Below, piece by piece: positions 12,774-26,266 of a stretch of DNA of 64,000 nucleotides. Both the position numbers and the translations under genes were made by a program. How positions within the stretch are numbered: position 1 is the stretch's first letter; each line of letters starts with the position of its first letter. The notes under the pieces are model-generated. The model was given only the letters and a program-made list of their open reading frames with translations, made no database searches and was not told the DNA's origin. The stretch is from the NCBI GenBank assembly GCA_030704615.1, contig CM060732.1, positions 33,852,001 to 33,916,000 on the forward strand, written 5' to 3'. The stretch is from Takakia lepidozioides (taxonomy: Eukaryota > Plantae > Bryophyta).

Positions 12774-15700
12774 ATGGCGTTACAACCAACACGGGCAAAA
12801 CCACCTTTTCCAATATATTCAGGAAAAGGGGATCCTGATGTACACATTAGCCAATTTGAGCACATGTGTATTGTGAACAATGAGAATGGCGATGATGCCA
12901 AGATGAGACTGTTTCCTTGTTCACTTATCAAGAAAGCAAGTGAATGGTATGCAAGATTCCCTGATAATCATTTCCTAACCTGGAATGGCTTGAATACAGC
13001 ATTCCGAAATAGGTTCAGGACAAGTAAAACTGAGGATGAAGTGTATGGAAGTTTACAACAGTTAAAGCAAAAGAAGCATGAAACTGTTGAGGAGTATATG
13101 GAAAAGATGGAATTGATGATGAAAAAGCTGGCTGCTGTACCAGCACCAGGTTTACAGAAGACTTGGTTTGTGAGTGGACTAAGACCAAAGTTGCAGAAAA
13201 AAGTGGATGTGTTACCCCATAATACAGTGGAGGAGGCATTTGAAACAGCGAACAGAATTGAGCAATTGGGAATGCTCAGGAGAGAGAAGAGGGATGATGA
13301 GGACTCTGAGGATGAGTCAGATGAGGAAGAAGAGCAAGAGCTGAAAAGGAAGAGTAAGAGGAAGGAGAAGTTGAAGAGGGATAACTATGAGAAAAGATTA
13401 GAAGAAATCTTGAAGAAGAATGCCACAGAGGCTGCAACACATTGGAGGAAGGGTGTTTGGTGTGCAAAGTACCAGAATGAAGGCCATACCACCACTGAAT
13501 GCCACGTGAAGGAGAAACACTGTACTATCTGTAAAATGGATAACCATTCTACTGAGAATTGTTACTACAACAGAAGGATAGCACCTGGAGAACCTAGGCA
13601 AGTAAGGGTGCATCAAGTGCAGCCCCAGCCAAGAAGAAACAGTGATCAAGACCACTGTGGTAGGCCTAGTGGTTATAACAATGGCATGGAAGGGAGAGGT
13701 AATTCAAGAGGGAATTACTTAGGAAATTCCAGAGGCAACTATCAGGGTAATCCAAGGGGGAATTACCAGCCAGGGAATCAGGATTACAGAAACAATTCTA
13801 GAACAGACCAAGGGCGAGGACCTAATGGGGAAGAACTGTGTTACTATTGTAATCAGGCAGGCCATCGCAAGGCAGCCTGTCCATTCTGGATCAGACACCA
13901 GAATGAGATGAGAGCTCCTGTGAATGAGGGGCCAGTGGTGGCAGCTCACATGGTTAGGCCATGTGTTGTACCAGAAGTAAGTACAATGATAGTAACGAGA
14001 AGCAAAGCCAAACTAATATCTCCAGTAGATGAGGAAGATGATGATAATGAAGATGGCAGTGATGTGCCTGAAGATGATGAGGCTTGGAGAGATGAGAAGG
14101 AACTGCACAAGGAAGTGGCAGATACCATAAGGGAAATGCAGAAGAGTACTGATATTCCTGTGGCAGATTCCTCTTATTCTGAAAGAGAAGAGGAAGTGAG
14201 TGAGGATGAAGGGAAGAAAAAAGCTGCAGACATGCAGAGTAATGAAGGGACTTTGGCTGAAGTAATATGCCAGTCCAAAGCGGAGATTACCATTGGACAG
14301 CTATTGGCTGTGGCACCTTATTGTAGACACAGGCTGTATCAAGCAATCAATCGAATTGCCCATGTGACAGGGAACACAGACCTGAACAGCAAGGTGACCA
14401 GTTATAATGTGAAGCCGGAAGGGCGAGAAACAGTCATGGACTTTGATGATTCTATGCCAGTAATCCAATTGAGAATTGGAAGCACAGAACTAACTGATGT
14501 ACTGATAGATGGAGGCTCTGGAGTGAATATCATGACAGACCAATTAAGGCAGAAGCTTGGTCTAAGTAACATGAAACCAGCCCCGTTTACAGTAACAATG
14601 GCAGATCAAAGAAGTGTACAGCCATTGGGATTGATAAGAGGAGTTAAGATACAGATTCAAAAGATGATCTTTATGATCTCAATAACTGTGTTGAAAATGG
14701 ATGAAGTCATGGAAGCTTACTCCTTATTATTGGGACGTCCGTGGCTGAAACAGGCCAAGGTATTCCATGACTGGAATTCCCAGTTACTAATTGTGCATGA
14801 TGGGATGCACAAGATACAAATTACCACTAAGAAATCTAGTAGATTACCTGCTACGAGAAGACCTCGAGGGGTCAGGGAGTATGACTGGAGGGGAGGACTT
14901 GATGAGGAGCAGGAAGCTACCCTGTTCGCTGCACACCCAGAGTGGGAGCAGGTTGCAGAGATGCGGCTGGAAGGCCTAAGTTGTTTAAAAGGTATCTGCT
15001 GTGGTGTAGTGACAGCAACACCAATTGAAGAGGAAACCAGCAGTTACCCACCACATTTCTATGAAGAAATAGAGGGAGAAATGGATATCCTAGAGGGACC
15101 AGCCACTGTGAGTTTACAGGATGAAGTGGTGACTGGTTGGACAATCACAGCTGATGAGTAGGTGAGAGAAGTGAATGTGGGAACTGAAGAGGAACCGAGG
15201 ATGGTGATGGTAGGGGCTGATTTGGAGCCAGAATTCCTTGAGGAAGCTAAGAGTTTGTTCATCAAATACAGAGATGTATTTGCTTGGAGCTACGAGGATC
15301 TAAAAGGGATACCACCTGAGATCTGTCAGCATAAGATTGAACTGGAACCAGGGTCAGTACCAATCAAACAGGCAAGGTACAGAATGAATCCCAACTATGC
15401 ACAAAAGGTTGGAGAAGAGATCAAGAAGTTGGCTGAGGCTAAGTTTATATACCCGATAGAGTATACAACTTGGTTGTCACCCATTGTGATAGTTCCCAAG
15501 AAGAATGGTAAACTAAGAGTTTGTGTGAACTATAAGAAGTTGAATGCTTGCACGAAGAAAGATCATTTCCCCTTGCCATTCACAGAAGCGGTATTGGACA
15601 TTGTGGCAGGCCATGAGATGTACTCATTCATGGATGGCTTCAGTGGTTATAATCAAGTGCAAGTGGCAGAAAAGACCAGGGAAAGACAGCTTTCATCACA

Positions 15701-18540
15701 GACTGGGGTGCTTATGCATACAAAGTCATGCCTTTTGGACTTTGTAATGCACCAGCAACCTTTCAGAGAGTGATAAGTGAATCTTTTCATGAGTATCTGG
15801 ATGATTTCATGCAGGTGTTCTTGGATGATTTCAGTGTGTACAGCTCTAAGAATGAGCACTTGCATAAATTGGAGTTATGTTTGGCCAGATGCAGGATGAG
15901 AGGTCTGGGCCTGAATCCAGAGAAGTGTACTTTCTGTGTGAACTCAGGGGTGCTTTTGGGACACATTGTGTGTAAGAGGGGACTTCTTGTGGATCCCAGG
16001 AAGACAGAGGCCATTAAAGCCTCTCCACCACCAGTAAATGTTAAGAGTCTAAGGAGATTCCTTGGACAAACCAGTTATTACAGAAGATTTGTCAAAAGGT
16101 ATGCACAGATAGCAGCACCATTGAGCAAGCTTCTGAAGAAAGATGCAGTGTTTGCATGGACAGCTGAATGTCAACAGGCTTTTGAGGAACTTACATTGTC
16201 AGTAACAACTACACCTGTGCTGATTAACCCTCACTGGCATGTAGAATTTCATGTTCACTGTGATGCCTCAGGGGAAGCGTTGGGAGCGGTGTTAGCCCAA
16301 AATGTTACAGGAAATATAGATTCACCTACTATGCTAGTAGGTTGATGAACAGTGCTGAAAGGAACTATAGCACAACTGAAACAGAAGCACTGGCAATGAT
16401 ATATGCAGTCAAGAAATTCAGGCATTACCTATTGGGAAGAAAGTTTATGTTTTATGTGGATCACCAGGCTCTGATATATCTGGTGAACAAACCTTTGATA
16501 AGTGGAAGGATAGCGAGGTGGTTAATAATCTTGCATGAGTTTGAGTTTGAAGTTGTTTACAAGCCTGGCCGTTTGCATCTTGTGGCAGATCATTTGTCAC
16601 GACTAACAACAGGAGAGGCCGCCACAGGAGTGGACGATCAGTTACCTGATGCGAGTTTATTTGTAATGGAGGTGCAAGGAAGTGCAGATGAATGGTTAGA
16701 TTGGCAGTGGCCAATCAGATACTACCTTACTCATGGTCAATGCCCACCTAGTTATGGTAAGGAGTAGAGGAAGAGAATCGCTATCAAGGCTTTACCTTAT
16801 ACTATGGTAGGGGGCAGAATGTATAAGCTAGGACCTGATGGAGTACTTAAACGATGCTTGTACCACCATGAAGTAGATAAAGTTTTGGAGGAAGTTCATA
16901 AAGGAGTGGCTGGAGGTCATTTTGGAGAAGAGACTACCAGTAGGAAGATACTACTTGCAGGTTATTGGTGGCCTACTTTGTTCAAAGATGTACACAAATA
17001 TTGTCAGAGTCGTGATGAATGTCAGAGGCTAGGACCTTTGCAGAGATCTGGGAAGATGGCTTTGCATCCTACGATGCCTACTGAACCATCTCAGAAATGG
17101 GGACTAGACTTTGTTGGACCAATTAACCCACCAGCCAAGAATACACAGAACAAGTACATAATTACAGCCACTGATTATACTACGAAGTGGGTGGAAGCTA
17201 AAGCTCTGAGGGACAACACAGCCAAGTCCACAGCAAGGTTCATGTATGAGAACATACTTACACGATTTGGCTGTCCCCTGGAATTTATCAGTGACCAGGG
17301 AAGTCACTTCATTAATGAGACCATTGAACTATTGACTAAAGAGTTCATGATTGTGCATAGGAAGAGTACAACATATTACCCACAGGGTAATGGGCAGGCA
17401 GAGGCTACCAACAAAATACTATGTACTATCTTGGCTAAGATAGTCAATGCAAACAAAATGGATTGGGATACAAAGCTGCTGACAGCTTTGTGGTCATACA
17501 GGACTTCATATAAAGTCACCACTAAGTATACACCATTCCAATTAGTTTATGGTATGGAAGCTTTACTTCCAGTGGAATTCTTGTTACCTACCATGAGAAC
17601 TGAATGGGGAAAGAGAATGGAATTGGAAGATTCAATTAAGGTCAGGAAACATGAATTATACCATGTGGAAGAAGTACGTGCTGATGCAGCTCATAACATG
17701 ACCAGAATTCAGATGAAGAAGAAGGAACAGTTTGATGAAGGCAAATTAAAGACTTTTGAGACGGGAGATTTGGTTCTCTGGTTGCAGAAGAAGGGGAAGA
17801 TTAAAGCTTATAAGCTTAAATCACCATGGAAAGGACCTTATGTCATACAGAAGATGTATGATAACAACACCGCCATGTTACAAACCATTAACAAAGAGAT
17901 GCTGGGAAGAGTCAATGCCAATAAGTTGAAGGGGTACAGGGGTATCCATGACAAACCATTGCAACACGATTTGCATGTTGAAACGCAAAAGCAGTCACGG
18001 GCTACGCTAGTGATACCAACGGAGTATGGAGCACTTGTCGTTAAGCCGAGCGTGTATGACCAAGGCGGGAAGTACAAATGTCACACAGCCTATCACAGCC
18101 CATTACAGTGTCACACAACCTATTACAGCCCATCACAGCGTGACACAGCCTATCATAGCCCATCACAGTGTCACACAGCCTATCACTGCCCACCACAGTG
18201 CCACACAGCCCATATAGATTACACAGTCCATAGGGCAGTGACAGGTGGACGCGAATTAACGTTAGAAAAGTGGCCATCGAGTGAAGAGGAAGTTTGGAAG
18301 TCAAACTTGGAGAATATGCCACGCAGAGAGGGGAAGTCGGGGGCATGTTTTGAAACGGACACGTGGCCACTAAGGCGTGGCACACCGCACTGCATCAATT
18401 GCAAAAAAAATTCTCATCATGCAAACGTACAAATCGGGCTGTCAAAGTACCTACCTGGTACAGCAGCTAATACTAATTGTGGGCCCATTAATGCATTCAG
18501 TGTAAGGGTAACGGAACCCTTTCCGAGTACAAAAAAATGA
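12774..18540 (+). pseudogene. gag-pol polyprotein (capsid, CCHC knuckles, protease, RT, RNase H, integrase) with stops and frameshifts
   Basis: YSGKGDPDVHI (gag), [78 protein letters not shown] at 15159 and 16765; frameshifts near 15670 and 16325. Confidence 0.92.
18075..18215 (+). repeat. 30-bp coding tandem repeat (CHTAYHSPxQ) in the integrase tail
   Basis: About 4.5 units of tgtcacacagcctatcacagcccatcacag. Confidence 0.85.
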
Positions 18541-18780
18541 AACCTATGCCACATGTGCTGTCCTACTGGACATTCCAGGTGGGAATGTCCATGGAGGGGG
18601 GTGGAATTAAGAAATTACCTAAGCAGTCCACAGCCAATCAGGAGTGCGAATTACATGCAGGTGGTTCCCTCCAAGAAACAAGAACAAGAAATAGGAAGTG
18701 TTATGAGCGGAAGAGTCGGGGTGGCTCTGAATAGCCAAGGTCTCGACAGAAGGGGCAATCAAAGCACTAGTTTTGGAGCT

Positions 18781-19568
18781 ATGGCAGATGTAACGGATTA
18801 CACACTCGCTTTACTTCTCACGCAGTGGCGCAAGGACGGAAGCATTGAGAGTACATTTTCTCTCACTCGATACTTGCAAGCCCCACAGGCTTACACGCAC
18901 TTACCTGTTCCATTCTGTGCCAATCATACCTTCATGCTCTGTGCCCTGCAAGCTTTCCTTTAGCTGTTTCAAACAAAGCTTTTTTTATTGTCTAGAATGA
19001 AGAGAGTGAGGGGAATGGAGGATATCAGGGTGAAGAGCACCACGATTATGCAGAAGCAAACAATTGCAGCACCGCAGGCAGTACAGCTGCTAAGGGAGTT
19101 GCGATTGGAGGGGCTGCTACGCAAGGACTGGTCCTTGTATCATCGGCAGTATATGATTCAATTTCTTCAGAACTTTGAGCCTCGGACGGGAGTTACTCAG
19201 GTGAGGGGAGTAGATATAGAAATTACTCCCCAGTACCTGCAGCAATTGTTTGATTTGCCATCAGGTCATGTGGATATGGACGAGCACAGGGCAAGATTGC
19301 AGATAGGAAATTTGTTCCAAGAAGGGAGTTTCTTTAAAACTCAAGGTTACGTTTGTACCAAAGCCAAGTACCCAGGGCTTAGGGAAGTTGGCCAAATATT
19401 GAACGTTCTGTTTGCCATGAAACAGAACCAACAGTATTTGAGCAGGTCATTCACAAAGGAGATCCTGAAAGCTTTGAGGAGAGAGGATGTCGCTTGGGCG
19501 GAGTTAATGTACAATGGACTGGTGGACGAGATGAAGAGGTTACAGGGCACTGCTGCTAGGTCTCCGAT
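18781..19568 (+). pseudogene. N-terminal part of the gypsy 3' accessory ORF (ATHILA-ORF1/plant-transposon-protein-like)
   Basis: QFLQNF..TQVRGVDIEITPQYLQQLFDLP; in-frame TAG at 18961; cut by the LTR at 19569; homologous to ~24287-23510. Confidence 0.7.
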
Positions 19569-20362
19569 TGTCGCGCGGCTTTTACTCACCCATCCCTTCG
19601 CTATCCGAGGCGGAAACTCCAAGATAGGAGAGTTGGAAATCTCTAAGCACTCAGCCCGCTCAGAACAATCAGTCATGACCTACAGCTAGTGTATCATGGG
19701 GGTGTTTCCTATTTGTTTTCCTTCCCGCATTCATGTTAGCTAGTTACCTTACTGTTGGTAATTAAGTATCAGTTTGCTTCAGCAATCTATCGGATTCCAT
19801 CAACTCATCCATTCATTCCACAGCTTCACTCAGATCTCTCTACACAGTATGAGTATGAAGTGTGTATCAAATTAATATCTATCAAGTATCAGGCTGAAGC
19901 CAAGGAATCTCTAATCTGCTCTACATTACAATTCTACTGCTTGCATTCATTAAGCATCACAGATCATCCTCCTCCTACTCCGTGCTCTCTCTCTTTCTGC
20001 TCAGAGATACGCTCTCTGCCTCATTCTCCCAAGTGATGTCCGAAGCCCCCTTAGAAGTGCTTTTCCCACCCCTTCCAGCAGTGATTCCCCAAGAAATGAT
20101 CCCTTTCCAGTCCTCGCTCCTCGCTTTATCTTCCTACCCGTTGTTCTAACCGTTTCCTTCACTAACCGTCACTTGTGAACTAACATGTTCCATTCGCAGA
20201 TGTTGTTCCCCACAGTCATTCCCTGTCCTGCTATCCGTTCCCTATGGTCGTGACAGCTGTGTCAAGCTGTGACTGGCTGTGTCGGCTGTGTCGGCTGTGA
20301 CGGGCTGTGTCGGGTTGTGTTGGCTGTGACGAGCTGTGTTGGCTGTGACGAACTGTGTAACC
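19569..20362 (-). repeat. 3' LTR of gypsy element 2 (~790 bp); poly-G PPT at 20361-20371; 10-bp ACACAGCC-type repeats near its start
   Basis: On the minus strand it ends ..AAAAGCCGCGCGACA and matches partial LTR 11191-11333. The start lacks a clean TG. Confidence 0.8.
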
Positions 20363-20521
20363 CCCCCCCCCTAGAGTGCGCTGCTGTCACCCCTAAGGCT
20401 CCTGTTGGTCTCAGTCTGTGCAAAAATTAAGGGTACCCCTCAGATCCCGTAAAAGTGTCTAAGTCCCAGACAGTCCTCTAACATTACCCCTTCCCCTCTC
20501 AAAAAGCCGTGTCCTCACGGT

Positions 20522-23500
20522 TTACTGTTTGGGATTAGCAAACCATTGTGAGTGAGCACCCTTCTGACGTTGAGAGTCTCGTGAAGGACTATGTGTGCGA
20601 GCCCTCGGTCTGTCACTGGTTGACGGAGATGATTGAACACTACCTGGATATGTAAGGCCCTCTGGAGGCTGATATCGAGGTAATCTTTCAGGCATAGGAG
20701 ACCCCCGTCGCTTCTTCTCTGCCATCTGAATTGCATAGTCTTCTCCCATGTCAAAAGAGTCCGCTGAAGAAACAGTTGTATCAGAATCCTCATCGCCTCT
20801 CAGGTGTTTTAACTGCCGAACTTTTTGTGGAATCCTCTGGGGCATACAATGTTGTCCTACCATGTCTGGAAGTTTAAACTTTAAAACTTGCTCTAAACGC
20901 TGAATGGTAAAATTGGTGAAGACCCTGAGCTCCTTGCCTGTCCAGGTGAGTGGGGTACCAATGACTTGGGAATTGTGCAAGTATTTCCATGCCTCATGTC
21001 CCTTAAAGAAAATATCGTCAGGGCCGAATTTCTGTGTTGACAAATTGTTCCAGGCCGCTTGAAACCATGAACGAATTTGAGAATCCTTTTGCATCATAAC
21101 TTTTGCCTCATATAGGTACATATGAGGTGGCACTGAAGGTAAGATCCAATGATCCCCACTGGAATAACTCAGAAAGCGCGATTGCATCTTGTGCTGCTCA
21201 ATATGATAACGTATCAGAAAACAAGCAGCGTAGTATAACCCGCAGCCCATGACAATACTTGCTACCTCCTTGGTCCTGGTATAAATGAATCCATGTATAA
21301 TTTGGAAGGCAATTAATTCCTTCAACATGGTACCTGCCTCTTGCCAGTATTGTGCAAAGTGATGATCCTCAATTGGTCGATTGTTGGGAAGAACTTTAGT
21401 CCTAGTTGCCACTGGCAGCCAAATGCGCATGATTTGATAGTAATGTGCCAATGATTGCGGAGGACTAAATTCTTTCCAAGCCAAATCCAACACAATGGGA
21501 ATTTGGTTGAAGGGCATAATCATAGCCCTACTGTACTCCCTTGCAGCTGGAGTTTTAGGTGGGTTAAAAGCAGCATTGCCCCATACCTCAGGCTATGGTG
21601 GCTGTGGTGTGGCTGTAGTAACAACAGGGTCAGCTACTGGCACAGTGACTTGTTGTGGTGTTGGTGGCACTGACTCTTGTACCATTGGCATCTCCTGCAC
21701 CTCCTGTGAAGAAGACTGAAAAGCCAAAGTTCTGGCTTGTAAATAAGAAGCCATTAGCTGTTCCTCAGGTATACAGACTCTCTTGTCGATATTTGAAGTG
21801 AGGTCCTCCACTTGAGTCTGCAGGCCGTCTACATCCTCCTGTAACTCCGCTATCCTACTATAGACATTGTCTATAGTAGTTGTGGCAATGTTTTGCACTT
21901 GCAGCCTGAGCTCATTCATCTCGCTTTGGGTGAGCTTTCGTGGTGCTTTGCCCTCCACTGGGCCTTGTGCTAACCAGACCTGCATAAGGTGGTTATCCAC
22001 CAAGTTGCTTGTGGTTCCTCTGAGAGTGTGCTCCTCTCTGAGTTTGTACACATCTAAGTACTGTTGTAAAGCCTCCATGCGCTTTGCATGAGGTTCAACC
22101 AAATTCGCATAGGCAGCAAGCAGATTATTGGCTTCCTTCCAAGCCTTGTTAGTGACCGAGATTTCATTTCTATTGGCCATGATTGTTTGTTGCAACTCCA
22201 GGATGTGCCTCTCTTGGTCAGCTTCAATCTGCCTATATTGCTTGAAAGTATCCTCATTGCGACAGATTGTATTCTTCATATCGACAATGAGTTTGATTTG
22301 CTCAACATTCTCTGCCTCTGCCTTCGTACATCTTTCCGCTTGACTGTTTATTTCTTTTGTAGATTGGTCAAGCATAGTTGTGAGTGTAGCACATTTTATG
22401 GCCATCCTGTCATGCACTGTCTGCAACTCCATATGTAGTGCATTCACTTCTTGCAACTTGCTTTCATGCTTCACCTGCATTTGGTATAGCTGTTGCTTAT
22501 GTGTTTCGTGCAAGTGGTCTTGCGCGAGGCCTGCCTCAATCAATTGTTCCTTGGCCAATTGCAAAGCCGTTTCTGTACTCTCCAAGTCTTGCTGCATCTT
22601 GAGAGTGACCTCTTCATCGACCTTGTTTGCACACTCTATGGCAAGTCGAGCCTCAAACTCTTTCTTGAGTTCTTCCCTCAAGGCTGCCAATTGAGTAGTG
22701 GGAACATGGGATTTGACATAAGTACCCAACAAATTAAGTGTCCTGCTTATGGAACTCATAAGCATGGCCTGTTGAGGGTCATCATGGTGAGCTTGCTGCT
22801 ATTCTCCCTGATCCTCAACAATATGATGCCTCACGAACCACTCAGGTCATTGTCCCACCAGATTTTCTTCCTCAACCACTTCATCCGTCACCGGTGCTGC
22901 AGTGTCTTGACATTCTACCTGTGGTACCTCCGGCACATGTGTGTGTATTATATGCACCGGAGGGTTTCCCTTGGACAACTGTTGCACCTCTGGAATCACT
23001 GTCTCCTTGACCAGACCAGAATATTCATAGAGAAGGTCCCCCTTCTCAATTTCTGCCACCACCTGTTCTGTAGTGGGAATATCTAACCCTTCTTTCTCCA
23101 AATCAATTATTTCTCGTGGAACTGCATGGACAACTTGTGGTAACCTTGTGAGAAGCCGATCATCTGGCTGTGATGGCTGTGATACTGAAGTAACTTCATT
23201 TTCCCTCTCTGAAGGTCCTGCTTCTAGAAATAGCAGTTCTCTGTGCTGCTGTGCCCCTTCCTGCACAAAAACTTGGGAAACATTATCATGCGGATTCCGT
23301 GAAGCCAGTGGATCCGCCACTACAGTCTTTCCCTGCCTCTGTCTCTTATTCTCGGGTTGTCCTGCCAGTCCACCCTCACTGTGTGAAGAGCCTTGCTCTT
23401 CCATTGCAGTGGTTTCTGGCTCAAACACTCCCATCTCCTTTATTTCTCGAGCATCAAGTATGCCAGAATCAAGAATTATTTGAGCAATGATTGGGCCAGA

Positions 23501-24287
23501 CACTATGATAGGAGACTTTGCGGTAGTACCCTGTAATCTTTTCATCTCCTCTACCAGTGCGTTGTACATTATGTCCGCCCATTCTACCTCTTCTCCTCTC
23601 AGGGCTTTGAGTATTTCCTCTGTGAAGGATCTGCTCAAATACTGTTGGTTCTGTTTCATGGCAAACAGAACGTTCAATACCTGGCCTACCTCCTTTAGCC
23701 CTGGGTACACGGCCTTGGTACAAGCATAACCCTGAGTTTTAAAGAAACTCCCTTCTTGGAATAAGTCCCATATTTGCAGTCTTGCCCTGTGCTCTCCCAC
23801 ATGCACCTGAACTGCTGGCAATTGAAACAATTGCTATAGGTATAGGGGAGTAATTTCTAATTCCACTCCCTTCACCATTGTTGCTCCTGTCTTAGGCTCA
23901 AAGTTCTGCAAGAATTGTAACATATACTGTCTATGGTGCAATGTCCAATCTTTGTTTTGCAATCCTTGCAATCGCAGCTCCTTCAGTAACTGTACCGCCT
24001 GTGGAGTAGCAATCGTTTGTTTCTGTAGGATTGTGGTGCTCTTCACCCTGATTTCCTCCATTCCTCTCACTCTCTTCATTCTAGACCCACAGAAATGTTT
24101 TGGCTGTAACAATTGAAGAAATGCTTGCAGGGCACAAAGCATAAACGCCACAAAGAACTATGGGTAATTTTTTGTAAGCCTGTGGGGCTTGCAAGCATCG
24201 ATCAAGAGAAAAGATCCGCTCTGTTCTTTCGTGTCTATGCCACTGCGTAAGTAATATTGCGAGCGTATAGTCTGTTAGTTCCTCCAT
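20522..24287 (-). pseudogene. ~1250-codon accessory ORF downstream of pol (ORF1-like domain, acidic linker, coiled coil, unknown C-terminal domain)
   Basis: ORFs 23834-24151, 22847-23830, 21593-22765 and 20522-21523 share one frame and are separated only by isolated TAG/TGA codons; one frameshift near 24150. Confidence 0.75.
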
Positions 24288-24784
24288 AGCTTCAAAGCTA
24301 TAGCATTGATGGTCTGTCCCGTCGAGACGCCCGTTACTTAGAACGACGCCGACTCTTGCGCTTAAATTCCCTCCAATTTCTTGATCCCTTTTCTGGCTTT
24401 CAATTGGCTGTAACCGCTGTGACTGGATTTTAGATTTAATTTTCTTTAGTGGACTTTCCCTGCTGGATTGTCCACTAGGATCACACATGTGACAAGAATT
24501 TCGCTTTTCTGTACTTGCCGTTTGTTCCGTTCCCCTTTTTCCGTATTCATTAATGGGCCCGCCATTCATCCGAATTGACGCGCTAAGTAGGTACTTTGAC
24601 GGCCATTCTTGTCCTCTTTCTTGATGACACCTGTTCTTGCACTTCCTTCTCAGCTGTGTGTCGCGCCCTGACTTCCACGTGTCTATTTTTAAACTGGTTT
24701 CCGTCCTTTCTTCCGTCGGCCATTTCCCTGAAGTTATCCTGCGTCCACCTGTCACTGATTCTATGGATTGTGTAACCCTAGTAG

Positions 24785-24995
24785 GCTGTGTTGAGCTGTG
24801 ACAGGCTGTGTCATACTGTGGTACGCTGTGATAGGCTGTGATGCACTGTGGTAAGCTGTGATAGGCTGTGACACGCTGTGGTAGGTTGTGATAGGCTGTG
24901 TTGCGCCGTGCTGGGCTGTGATAGGCTGTGTCACGTCGTGATGGGCTGTGATAGGCTGTGTTTCGCCTTGATGGGCTGTGATAGGCTGTGTCACG
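24785..24995 (-). repeat. 30-bp coding tandem repeat (xTAYHSPxRR) in the integrase tail
   Basis: About 7 units containing gctgtgataggctgtg. Confidence 0.85.
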
Positions 24996-26266
24996 CTTGT
25001 TCTGCCCGCCCTGGTCATATATGCTCGGCCTAGCGACAAGTGCTCCATACTCGGTTGGTAACACTGGCGCAGCCCGTGACTGCTCTTGCGTTTCAACATG
25101 CAAATCATGCTGCAATGGTTTGTCATGGATACCACTGTATCCCTTTAACTTATTGGCATTGACTCTTCCCAGCATTTCTTTGTTAATGGTTTGTAATGTG
25201 GCGGTGTTGTTATCATACATCTTTTGTATGACATAAGGTCCTTTCCATGGTGATTTAAGCTTAGAAGCTTTAATCTTTCCCTTCTTCTGCAACCATATAA
25301 CCAAATCTCCCGTCTTAAAAGTTTTTAACTTGTCTTCATCAAACTGTTCCTTCCTCTTCATCTGAATTCTGGTCATATTATCAGCTGCATCAGCACGTAC
25401 TTCTTCCACATGGTATAATTCATGTTTCCTGACCTTAATGGAATCTTGCAATTCCATTCTCTTTCCCCATTCCGTTCTCATGGTAGGTAACAGGAATTCC
25501 ACTGGAAGTAAGGCTTCCATACCATAAACTAATTGGAATGGTGTATACTTAGTGGTGACTTTATATGAAGTCTTGTATGACCACAAAGCTGTTAGCAGCT
25601 TTGTATCCCAATCCGTTCTGTTTGCATTGACTATCTTAGCCAAGATAGTACATAGTATTTTGTTGGTAGCCTCTGCCTGCCCATTACCCTGTGGGTAATA
25701 TGTTGTACTCTTCCTATGCACAATCATAAACTCTTTAGTCAATAATTCAATGGTCTCATTAATGAAGTGACTTCCCTGATCACTGATAAATTCCATGGGA
25801 CAGCCAAATCATGTAAGTATGTTCTCATACAGGAACCTTGCTGTGGACTTGGCTGTGTTGTCCCTCAAAGCTTTAGCTTCCACCCACTTCGTAGTATAAT
25901 CAGTGGCTGTAATTATGTACATGTTTCTTGTATTCTTGGCTGGTGGGTTAATCGGTCCAACAAAGTCTAGTCCCCATTTCTGAAATGGTTCCGTAGGCAT
26001 TGTAGGATGCATGGCCATCCTTCCAGATCTCTGCAAAGGTCCTAGCCTCTGACATTCATCACACTCTGACAATACTTGTGTACATCTTTGAACAAAGTAG
26101 GCCACCAGTAACCTGCGAGTAGTATCTTCCTACTGGTAGTCTCTTCTCCAAAATGACCTCCAGCCACTCCTTTATGAACTTCCTCCAAAACTTTATTTAC
26201 TTCATGGTGGTACAAGCATCGTTTTAGTACTCCATCAGGTCCTAGCTTATACATTCTGCTTCCTAC

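Larger units (their letters stand above)
11191..19568 (+). mobile_element. Ty3/gypsy (Athila/OTA-like) element 1: partial 5' LTR, PBS, 5' ORF, gag-pol, start of the 3' accessory ORF; cut by element 2
   Basis: LTR end ..AAAAGCCATTCGACA (11333) matches the LTR at 19569. Domain order GAG-PR-RT-RH-INT; RT motif FMQVFLDDFSVY. Confidence 0.9.
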
